Shown here: in pieces, positions 9,117 to 17,823 of the stretch
How the letters are laid out: each line of letters opens with the position of its first letter
Position numbering within the stretch: the first letter of the stretch is position 1
Origin: Candidatus Bathyarchaeota archaeon
Lineage (GTDB): Archaea > Thermoproteota > Bathyarchaeia > Bathyarchaeales > Bathyarchaeaceae
NCBI GenBank assembly: GCA_963697165.1
Contig: CAVOMX010000023.1
Location: 1 to 21,184 of the forward strand
Direction: 5' to 3'
DNA: 21,184 nucleotides
Position numbers and translations under genes: made by a program
The notes under the pieces: model-generated
Database searches by the model: none
What the model saw: only the letters and a program-made list of their open reading frames with translations
Told to the model about the DNA's origin: nothing

Positions 9117-10136
9117 TTGGTATCTCTTAGGGCTTTAGCGCCCTCATTAACCAGAATCACCATCGCGGGAGCCGTCGGCGCTGCAATGCACATTGGACAA
9201 GGAGACAAGAATTTAGTAGACGCAAAGGCTGTCGAGTTTTCAAGAGCAGTATTGAATCAAACTGAAGTTGACGGCGAAGTCATCTCCTGCGAAGGACCCA
9301 AAGATAATGCGCCAGCATTTTTGAATAGAGAAAAAGTTGGAACAGGAAAAGGACCAAAAGTCGAATTTGTCGTTGATCCTGTTGATGGCACAACTGCAAC
9401 AGCTAAAGGCAGAAAAGACGCGATTTCCGCTCTCTCTTGTGCACCTGCTGGCTGTTTTCAAATGCTACCCGACGACGGATATTATTTTAAGGTCGCGACT
9501 GACTGGCAGTCCATCGGCAAGATTTCCTTAGAAATGTCCGTCGAAGAGATTGTTACCACAGTTGCCAAAGAGAAAGAGCGACACCTTGAAAACTTTACGG
9601 TTATTATGCTGGAACGGGATAGACATACAGAAATTTTGAAGAAACTAAGAAAGCTTGGGGTGCGGATAATTTTGCTTCCCGACGGCGACATCGCAGCAGC
9701 AGTTGTTGCATGTATTCCAGATTCTGGAGTTGACCTTCTATTGGGAGCGGGTGCAGGACCGGAAGCAACCATCGCAGCAACTGCAGTGAGGTGCCTTGGG
9801 GGCACTATGCTTGTAAATGTTTGGCGAGATAAAAAAGATGATGTTAGTCGCCTGGACCGGCTAATTGAGGCGGGAGTTGATGTTGACAAAACATACAACG
9901 AAAAAGAGTTAGCGAAAGGCAACGAACTTGTTTTTGCAGCCTCAGGAGTCACTAAAGGCGAACTTTTGGATGGTGTACGTTTTACTTCAGTTGGAGCAAC
10001 TGTTAATTCGCTTTGTACAAGATTACCTAGTGGAACTATCGAGAAATTGGAGACAACTCTTCGTTTCAAGGAGCATCCGGTTTACAGAACTGTTGATTTG
10101 AATGGACGTCCTCGTATCGGCCAGAATCGTTTTTGA
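9117..10136 (+). CDS. glpX: Class II fructose-1,6-bisphosphatase (GlpX family), divergent
   Basis: GDKNLVD, EGPKDNAP, VDPVDGT, RDRH, DGDI, GAGPE, FAASGVTKGELLDGV. Confidence 0.85.
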   Translation: MVSLRALAPSLTRITIAGAVGAAMHIGQGDKNLVDAKAVEFSRAVLNQTEVDGEVISCEGPKDNAPAFLNREKVGTGKGPKVEFVVDPVDGTTATAKGRKDAISALSCAPAGCFQMLPDDGYYFKVATDWQSIGKISLEMSVEEIVTTVAKEKERHLENFTVIMLERDRHTEILKKLRKLGVRIILLPDGDIAAAVVACIPDSGVDLLLGAGAGPEATIAATAVRCLGGTMLVNVWRDKKDDVSRLDRLIEAGVDVDKTYNEKELAKGNELVFAASGVTKGELLDGVRFTSVGATVNSLCTRLPSGTIEKLETTLRFKEHPVYRTVDLNGRPRIGQNRF

Positions 10137-10177
10137 TAAACCACAGCTTCACATAATCAGAGTTGGTGAACTGTAGT

Positions 10178-10651
10178 ATGGAGTATATTGGTATTCACAA
10201 GAAAGACGAGTTTTCTTTTTCCGAGTTACTTAAATCAGTTAAGGAAAGGCCAGACTTTCATAGTGCTGGAGCCATAGCAACTTTTATTGGGGTGGTTCGA
10301 GGCGAAACTTTGGACGGCGAAAACGTAGAAGGTCTTGAACTGGAGGCCTATGAGGAGCAGGCTAATAAGGTTCTTGGCGGAATCTGCAAAGATTTGAAAA
10401 AACGTGAGGGTGTTGTTGATGTTCAAATTCACCATTTTGTTGGTGAATTTAGCGTCGGCGAAGACTTAGTTTACGTAGTTGTTGCTGGAGCTCACAGAGA
10501 AAACGTTTTTGGTGTTTTACGTGAAGCTGTGGAACGCTACAAGAGCGAGGCTCCAGTTTTCAAGAAGGAGCAGGTAGTGGATGAAACTGGCGCTAAGGAA
10601 GCGTATTGGGTTAGCGAACGAGAAGCACAGGAAAAACGCAGAAAAAAATGA
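10178..10651 (+). CDS. moaE: Molybdopterin synthase catalytic subunit
   Basis: GAIATFIGVVR, LELEAY, AGAHR, K..APVFKKE. GGTGA at 10165-10169 favours ATG 10178 as the start. Confidence 0.92.
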   Translation: MEYIGIHKKDEFSFSELLKSVKERPDFHSAGAIATFIGVVRGETLDGENVEGLELEAYEEQANKVLGGICKDLKKREGVVDVQIHHFVGEFSVGEDLVYVVVAGAHRENVFGVLREAVERYKSEAPVFKKEQVVDETGAKEAYWVSEREAQEKRRKK

Positions 10652-10917
10652 GCATGTTTTCAAGTTTAACGTAAACTGATGACGTGATTCTGTAATCATT
10701 TCTGAACGTGTTCAAACGAGGCAAGATATAACAGGCAAAAGCAGATACCTTAATGGAGAAATTCACAGAAGCAATAGGCGGTTTATGATACCCTTATGAA
10801 TAGGTAACTATTTGTAAGAAAGGAACAAAGTCACGTATGGAATGGAAAATATGCGGCGAGTCAATTTGCTAGACACCATAGTTAGGTCGCAGAAATAGAA
10901 AAAGGTAAGGAATTGTA

Positions 10918-12890
10918 GTGACAGATCCGCTTTTGTTTGCTTTCGGGGTTGGAATGGTTGCCATTCTAGTAGCATCATACATTACACGTTGGATTCTTAA
11001 ACGTGATTCAGGTACCCCACGGATGCAAGAGGTAAGCAGTTACATCATTTTAGGAACAAACACTTACCTCAAAAGACAAATCAGAACCATAGTCATTGTT
11101 ATGCCAGTTTTAGCCCTAATCTTTCTCTTACTTTTCAGCTGGACCACATCACTGGCATTCGTTTTTGGTGTACTTCTCTCCCTGTTCGCCGGATACATAG
11201 GCATGAACGTTGCAGTTAGAGCCAACGTGAGAACCGCAAGTGCCGCTAGACACTCACTTCGGCAACTTTGAAAACGGGCTTTCTGGGCGGCGCAGTTATG
11301 GGGCTTGCAGTTCCGGGAATAAGTTTGATTGCGTTGTTCTTGATTTACGTGACTTTGAATGATATTCCTGCGCTTATTGGGTTTGGGTTTGGAGCAAGCT
11401 TAGCGGCGTTGTTTGCGCAGATTGGAGGTGGCATATTTACAAAGTCGGCTGATATTGGGGCTGATTTGGTGGGAAAGATTGAAATGGAAATCCCTGAGGA
11501 TGACCCCCGAAACCCTGCCGTGGTCGCTGATTTGGTTGGCGACAATGTTGGTGATTGTGCTGGACGAGGCTCAGATTTGTTCCAGACTTTTAGCGGTGAC
11601 ATAACAACGGGCATGTTGATGGGTGTCCTCTTTCTTTCCCAGTATGGTCCCAACGGGATTATTTTTCCGTTTATACTTGAGGCTATGGGTGTTCTTGCAT
11701 CTATTTTTGGAATAGGTTTAGTTAGGCAGTGGAAACGGATAAGCGCAACCGGCTCTTTGGTGATTGGGCTTATAGCAACCGCAGTTATGAGCTTAGTTGG
11801 TTTATTCTTTTTATCCACGATGTTTATGGATGATGTTTCTTTATTCTTTGCAGGATTACTTGGCGTTGCAGCAATGCTCGTCTGCATCATAATCACACTT
11901 TATTATACGGGTCTTGGACGCGGACCTGTACATCATGTTGCTCAATCTTCACAAGCAGGTCCAGCATTAAACTTGATAACGGGCATATCAACTGGATTGG
12001 GAACTCCGTTGTTGCCGATGATTGCAGTTTTAGCAGCTGTGGTGGGGTCATTCATTGTTACTGGTCAATCTCTTTATGGGCTTGTGATAACCAATATTGG
12101 CACAGATTTTGCTCTTGCGTTCATTATGGCTGCTGATACGTTTGGTCCGATAACTGATAATGCAGCGGGGATTGCTGAAATGTCTGGAATCTCTGGGCAA
12201 GCGTCTGAGACTTTGAATGGTTTGGATGCTGTCGGAAACACGATGAAAGCTGCAACTAAGGGCTATGCCATGGCTTCGGGCACAGTTACTTCGTTCTTGA
12301 TTTTTGCAACCTATTTTGCAACAGCCAACATTTCCGTAGTTTCCATAGACACACCTTACGCTATTGCTGCATTGTTTCTGGGAGTAGTTTTGCCCTTGCC
12401 ATTAGTGTCTTTGACTATACGGGCAACTGCTGATGGAGCTTTCAAAATGGTTGATGAAGTGAGACGGCAGTTCAAGGAGACGCTGGGACTAAAAGAGGGA
12501 AAGGTTCCTCCCGATTATGCTAGATGCATCGATATTGCAACCAAAAATGCTCTTAGTAAAATGGTGTTTCCGGGAATCATTGTAATTGCGACGCCCATAG
12601 CTGTGGGTCTGCTGTTTGGACCAACCGCGTTGGGGATGCTGCTTATGGGCGCTACTGCTTCAGCAGCCATGTTGGGTTTCTTCTTTAACAATACGGGTGC
12701 TCTGTTGGATAATGCTAAGAAGTTAATTGAAAGCGGTTTGTATGGAGGAAAGAATTCGGATACTCATAAAGCAGCAGTAGTTGGTGATACGGTAGGCGAT
12801 CCACTGAAGGATGTTGCGGGTCCTGCTGTTCTGATTTTCATGAAGCTTCTGGGTATGACTGCTTTGCTTGTGCTTCCTTTGTTGTTGTAA
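10918..12890 (+). CDS. hppA: Membrane-integral pyrophosphatase, K+-independent type; one frameshift near 11257-11268
   Basis: GTPRMQEV, GGGIFTKSADIGADLVGKIE, EDDPRNPAVVAD, GDNVGD, FGPITDNA, LDAVGNTMKA (Lys = K+-independent signature), GDTVGDPLKD. One extra base at CACTCACTTCGG would join the two ORFs. Confidence 0.93.
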
Positions 12891-12938
12891 CGTTGACAAC
12901 GTTCCAGCGATTTAGACAATAGTCGTGTAAAAAATATG

Positions 12939-13385
12939 CTATTTTTCGAAAACGTCTGGAACGGGATAGTTACTACGCCCTATTGCTTCAAGTATGTCGT
13001 CGGCGAAAGTTTTTTTGCTCAAGTGTCTTGCGAAGTCAGTAGATGTTATGATTCCAACTAATTTGTTGTCTTTTATTACAGGAAGTCTGCGGATTCTTTT
13101 TCTTACCATTCTTCTGGCGGCTTCTTTTAGTGGAGCATCAGGATCGATTACTTTAAGGGGTGTTGACATTATTTCTGAGATTTTGGTTTTTGTTGATTTT
13201 TCTTTTGCCAAGACTCTTCTCACAAAGTCGCGTTCTGTAACGATTCCTATTGGCGTGTTGTCGTCCATTACAATTAGGTTGGCCACATCATTCTCTGCCA
13301 TTAGGGCTGCAGCTTCAGAAACAGTTTTGTTAGATGCAACAGTTATGACTTTTTTTGTCATAACATCTTTGACTTTGGTCATCAA
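12939..13385 (-). CDS. Stand-alone tandem CBS-domain protein
   Basis: KVKDVMT, GIVTERD, EIMSTP, IRRLPV, GIITSTD. Confidence 0.9.
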   Translation of the reverse strand: MMTKVKDVMTKKVITVASNKTVSEAAALMAENDVANLIVMDDNTPIGIVTERDFVRRVLAKEKSTKTKISEIMSTPLKVIDPDAPLKEAARRMVRKRIRRLPVIKDNKLVGIITSTDFARHLSKKTFADDILEAIGRSNYPVPDVFEK

Positions 13386-13443
13386 TTATCACACGGGTAT
13401 TTGAATGCATAAAAGTTTTGTGCAGACTAAATTTTGATTATTC

Positions 13444-13496
13444 CCAGTTTTCTTTGGCAACTACACTATGAAGGAAGATATTGGCAAAGAAACTGG
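13444..13496. promoter_or_regulatory. Inverted repeat between the divergent CBS and Lrp-domain genes
   Basis: CCAGTTTTCTTTGGCAA - 20 nt - TTGGCAAAGAAACTGG (one indel, one mismatch). Confidence 0.55.
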
Positions 13497-13588
13497 TTCG
13501 TTAGCCCTTAGTTCATGTTTTTTCAGCGGTTTTTGAACGATATGTTTAAGTTTTTGGTGTAAGGTGTTATTGTGGAGATGAAAAAGTA

Positions 13589-13837
13589 ATGGGAGTCTTT
13601 GGTTATATCCTCGTTACATTGAAGTCAGGCGCTGAAAGAGACGTATGCGAAAAGGTCGCCAACTTCGAAGAAGTCGTCCAAGTAGACGAACTATACGGAG
13701 AATACGACGCCATAGCAAAAGTATACGTTAAAGACCTAGCAGGCCTAGACAAATTCTTGACAGACAAACTAAGGTCACTATCAGATATCTTCTTAACAAC
13801 AACAATGATTGTTGCAAAAGAATACAAGAACGAGTAA
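13589..13837 (+). CDS. Stand-alone Lrp/AsnC ligand-binding (RAM) domain protein, no HTH
   Basis: 82 aa; GYILV, LYGEYDAIAKV, I..TTTMIV pattern; upstream TTTAAG box and GGAG. Confidence 0.88.
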   Translation: MGVFGYILVTLKSGAERDVCEKVANFEEVVQVDELYGEYDAIAKVYVKDLAGLDKFLTDKLRSLSDIFLTTTMIVAKEYKNE

Positions 13838-14107
13838 ACACATTCTTGGGGACAAAACAGCAAAGCCCCGCCATTTTTTGGCAATAGACAAAGCAGCATC
13901 AAACTCGCCTTTTAAAAAACACAAAACAAACAACATCTTCCTTTTAGTAATCTAATAACCCACGCGAAAGGGTGTGTAAAAGGGCATATTAGGAGACTAA
14001 TAACAGCTCATTGTTAAAAACAGCCTTTTTCTAAGAAAACATGGAAACACAATCACAAAACAATTAAAAGTTCTTACAGCACTAAAATAGTCTAGAACAT
14101 TAACTGT

Positions 14108-14707
14108 TTGGTGAAACAAAAAGTGGACTTTAGCATCTTAGTAAACAACGCCCAATACATCCTCATCATAGGAGGATTCATCGCAATCTCATGGTTCCTA
14201 GAAAAATTGATTAAAACTGTACCTGTAATAGGCACACCCGCAAGCATATTAACAAAAATCGTATCCTTCTTCGGATTCTTCGTAGGAATCATCCTAATCA
14301 TAACAGGCGCAGCAGCATGGTCAACACAATCACCACAAGTCGACACATACACCAGATACCTACTAATCATTGCAGGCCTAGCTCTAATGCTAAAACCCAT
14401 CAAAGACTTCCCATGGGCAGCCCTACTAGGACTAATCGCAGGCGGCTTAAGCGCAGGCGCAGTCTACTTCTTTTATCCCCTGTCAGAAACCGTTTTCGGA
14501 ATCGCCTCAATATGGGTCTATGTTATCATATTTCTAATACCAGCAGTAATCATCTACATGGTCTTCAAATTCATAGAAGACGCCCTAAAACTCATCGGAA
14601 CACTACTAGCCTCAAAACCAGTTACACTCATAGTAGGCATAATATGCATAACCCAAGGAATACTCCTACTCTTAGGCAATAACTTGTTTACACTACTACT
14701 TTCTTAA
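14108..14707 (+). CDS. Hypothetical multi-pass membrane protein
   Basis: 199 aa with about 6 hydrophobic helices; upstream TTAAAAG box near 14064. No family recognised. Confidence 0.75.
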   Translation: MVKQKVDFSILVNNAQYILIIGGFIAISWFLEKLIKTVPVIGTPASILTKIVSFFGFFVGIILIITGAAAWSTQSPQVDTYTRYLLIIAGLALMLKPIKDFPWAALLGLIAGGLSAGAVYFFYPLSETVFGIASIWVYVIIFLIPAVIIYMVFKFIEDALKLIGTLLASKPVTLIVGIICITQGILLLLGNNLFTLLLS

Positions 14708-14742
14708 AAAAACAAAAAACGAAAAAATAAAGAGAAAAAAAA
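14706..14742 (-). terminator. Oligo-T terminator of tuf
   Basis: A-tracts on + (T-tracts on -) immediately after the tuf stop, between convergent genes. Confidence 0.55.
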
Positions 14743-14750
14743 GGGTCTCT

Positions 14751-16053
14751 TTAACCCTTAATAGTAATTTCTTTGATTACACCAGCGGCAACAGTGGTGC
14801 CCATATCTCGGACTGCAAAACGACCAAGCTCAGGAAATTCACTGTATGTCTCAACAGAGATCGGCTGAAATAGGCTCAAACCGCACAATTGCACCATCAC
14901 CAGTCTTCAGGAAAGATGGATTCTTTTCCACAATCTGACCAGTTCGAGGATCTAGCTTCGCGACAAGCTCCTTGAATCTGCATGAAATCTGACCGGTGTT
15001 AGAGTGCAAAACTGGAGAGTATCCAGCAGCAATTGCAGTTGGGTGGTGAATAACAATTATTTGTCCGAGGAACTCTTTCGCGATAGTCGGTGGGCTAGAA
15101 GAATGACCTGCTACGTCGCCTCTGTGAACGTCCTTCTTTGAGATACCTCTAACGTTGAATCCGATGTTGTCTCCAGGAAGAGCCTGTTTAACCATTACGT
15201 GGTGTGTCTCGATAGATTTGACCTGTCCCTTAACGTTGGAAGGCATGAAAACTAGTTCGTCACCTTCTTTTAGAATACCAGTCTCAACTCTGCCTACAGG
15301 AACTGAACCGATACCAGTGATTGTGTAAATGTCCTGAATTGGAATCCTCAAAGGCTTAGTTGTTGGCTTGGCAGGAACTTCCATCTCGTCAAGAGCCTCA
15401 AACAACGTCGGACCCTTATACCAAGGCATGTTCTCGCTTTTTTTGGCAAGATTGTCTCCAGTCCATCCAGATGTGGGAACGAAATGAATCTTAACGGGAT
15501 TAAATCCAGACATCCTCAAGATGCGGGTCATCTCGGCTTTGATTTCATTATATCTTTCTTCCTTCCAGTCTACTGAAGCATCATCCATCTTGTTGATAGC
15601 TACAACAAGCTGGTTAACTCCCAACGTGTATGCTAGAAAGGCATGTTCTCTTGTTTGTCCACCTGAACCAATTCCGGCTTCAAATTCTCCTCGCTTTGCA
15701 GAGACAAGAAGAATAGCAGCATCTGATTGGCTGGCACCAGTAATCATGTTCTTAACGAAGTCCCTGTGTCCTGGAGCATCAATAATTGTGAACGCATACT
15801 TTGGAGTCTCAAATTTCAGATAAGCAACGTCTATTGTCATACCTCGTTCGCGTTCTTCTTTGAGTTTGTCCAAGACCCAAGCATACTTGAAGGTCTCCCT
15901 TCCCAGTTTCTTCGCTTCTTCCTCGTACACTTTAGCAGTTCGCTCATCAACTGCACCCGTGAGAGAGAAGAGGTGACCTACGGTAGTTGATTTTCCGTGG
16001 TCAATATGTCCGATTACTACCAAGTTCAGATGTGGTTTTTCTGATTTACTCAT
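14751..16053 (-). CDS. tuf: Translation elongation factor aEF-1alpha; one +1 indel near 14868
   Basis: [37 protein letters not shown]. Removing one base from the A-run at 14868-14870 restores [29 protein letters not shown]...KG and the stop at 14751. Confidence 0.97.
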
Positions 16054-16211
16054 TCTTTTTTAGCTCCATTACTTTTTTTGTTAAAGCTTACTCCTAATAG
16101 TGTAAGTGGATTCGTAGAGAAAACAGTTGCTTCAGTTATTTTAACTTTTTGAAGGAAATACAAGATATCAAAGCACCTTTTTCTTATTCTGGACTTACGT
16201 AACTAATATTC

Positions 16212-16796
16212 CTAGCGTGAGGAACGTGCTATTCGCTCCATTTCGTTACGTTTTTTCACAGCATAACTTTTTACGTCGTTTTTAGCTGCCAACATCAGCT
16301 CGTCGGCAAGATATTCATCCAAAGCTTTTGGGTTACCGAAAGATTGGTTTCTTGTGCCCTCAGAAAGAAAACGCAAAGCAAGATCAACTCGTCTCTGAGG
16401 AGATACGTCCACAGCTTGGTGATAAGCGATTCCACCGTAACTGATTCGAGTAGTATCCTCGCCAGGGGATGTGTTTTCTACAGCAGTAACAAGAACTTGT
16501 ATTGGATTCTCTCCTGTACGAACGTAAATAATCTCAAAGGCATTCCTAGCCAAAGCTATGGCTCGACTCTTCTTTCCGGCACTACTGCCAGGACGCATAA
16601 GATTGTTTATAAGCCGCTCAACAATGCTGACTTTAGCCTTGTGGAACTTCCCATGTTCATGTCTTCCCATGCTGTGGGGAACATATACTGGTTTAACTGA
16701 AATGTATTGCTTGAGCCCAGGATCCTCTACCTGAATTCCTTCGAAGCTCCACTTTCCGAATAGTTTGATTTCTTCTATCTTGCTCAAATGAGCCAC
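16212..16796 (-). CDS. rpsG: 30S ribosomal protein uS7 (archaeal)
   Basis: [53 protein letters not shown]. Confidence 0.97.
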   Translation of the reverse strand: MAHLSKIEEIKLFGKWSFEGIQVEDPGLKQYISVKPVYVPHSMGRHEHGKFHKAKVSIVERLINNLMRPGSSAGKKSRAIALARNAFEIIYVRTGENPIQVLVTAVENTSPGEDTTRISYGGIAYHQAVDVSPQRRVDLALRFLSEGTRNQSFGNPKALDEYLADELMLAAKNDVKSYAVKKRNEMERIARSSR

Positions 16797-16825
16797 CTTG
16801 ACAAAGTTTGAGGGTTCAGAAACCC

Positions 16826-16833
16826 ATATTTAA
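16826..16833 (-). promoter_or_regulatory. TATA box of rpsG
   Basis: TTAAATAT on the minus strand, 30 nt upstream of the start. Confidence 0.5.
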
Positions 16834-16859
16834 GAGTTGTTTAGAGAGCAGAAACACAT

Positions 16860-17300
16860 TTACCGCATAGGTTTCTCTTTTTTACCGAGAACCAACTCAT
16901 TAAGGGAAACCCCATTAATGGTTGAAACTTTCCATCGGACACCGGGAAGGTCACCCATGGCTCCACCGCGGGAACCGCCGATTCCTTCGACTACAACTTC
17001 ATCGTGTTCATCAACTACGTTTAGTGCACCGTCACCGGGAAGAAAAGCAGTTATAACTCTGCCGTTCTTGATGAGCTGTGTTCTGACACATTTTCTGACA
17101 GCACTGTTGGGTTGCTTGCTTTCGACACCAACTTTCTCCAAGACAATTCCTCTTGCCATCGGAGCTCCCTTTAGGGGATCGGATTTAACGTCCAGTCTAA
17201 GTGTTCGTCGTTTGTAGTAGACGTCTTTCCATCTGAATTTTTTTCGCTTCGCAAGTAGTTTTCTTGCCGCGAGTTCGCCTTTCGGTGCTTTGGAACCCAT
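16860..17300 (-). CDS. rpsL: 30S ribosomal protein uS12 (archaeal)
   Basis: [42 protein letters not shown] 17300 is preferred over GTG 17321 because of GAGG upstream and the TATA box TTTAAATA at 17340-17347. Confidence 0.97.
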   Translation of the reverse strand: MGSKAPKGELAARKLLAKRKKFRWKDVYYKRRTLRLDVKSDPLKGAPMARGIVLEKVGVESKQPNSAVRKCVRTQLIKNGRVITAFLPGDGALNVVDEHDEVVVEGIGGSRGGAMGDLPGVRWKVSTINGVSLNELVLGKKEKPMR

Positions 17301-17495
17301 ACTTTTCTGTCCTCTAACCACTCTATTTCATAGTTCTGATATTTAAACAGTCCAGATTAACGAACTCACATAAATATGATTCGCGAATAGTTTATCTGCC
17401 TGATGTTCTCAGCTCCAGTTTCAAACATCTAAAAGATCGGTTGTGTACTAGAAGATAACTTGATTTCGGGTGGAAGCCTTGCGTCAGTTCAAGAA

Positions 17496-17738
17496 TTAGA
17501 TTGATTCGATAGTGAGTTCTTTCTCTAAGAAGATTTCGTATGGAGATTTCTTGTATCCGAGTATGGGTTTGGTTTTGATTATGATTTTTTCCCATATTTT
17601 GCGGTCTATGTTGTATCTGAAGTTGTGTGTATTTGGTTTAAGTAGGCAGCGGTAGCCGATGAATCGTTCGTTTTGGAACACTATTCTCATTTTGTCTTTG
17701 CATTGGGGGTCTGCGCAGGGGAGTGTTTCTTTTAGCAT
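17496..17738 (-). CDS. Small hypothetical protein with putative Zn-binding C-x4-C-x17-C-x6-H motif
   Basis: CADPQC...YRCLLKPNTH. TTTAATAT box at 17760-17767, 22 nt before the ATG, fits a leaderless transcript. Confidence 0.65.
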   Translation of the reverse strand: MLKETLPCADPQCKDKMRIVFQNERFIGYRCLLKPNTHNFRYNIDRKIWEKIIIKTKPILGYKKSPYEIFLEKELTIESI

Positions 17739-17823
17739 TGTTATCTAGTTTAGTAAGACATATTAAACAAGTTAATAAATTTAACGAATCCGGCGTCAGA
17801 ACCCAGAAAACAAAAAAAAGACG

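Noticed and set aside
10677..10704. TGATGA...CTGA resembling a C/D-box sRNA or K-turn
   Set aside because: Only 19 nt separate the boxes, there is no C'/D' pair, and the flanking stem is out of register for a K-turn.
11250..11271. Programmed -1 frameshift in hppA
   Set aside because: There is no X-XXY-YYZ slippery heptamer, and indels are frequent across the window, so a missing base is the simpler explanation.
13848..13873. GGGG...GCCCCGCCA as a second tRNA-end or att copy matching 1204-1210
   Set aside because: Only a 7-nt core (CCCGCCA) plus a following T is shared, with no T-arm context; compatible with chance or a weak terminator hairpin.
14851..14870. C-terminally truncated aEF-1alpha variant
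   Set aside because: The canonical C-terminus is intact in the adjacent frame after a single extra base in a homopolymer.
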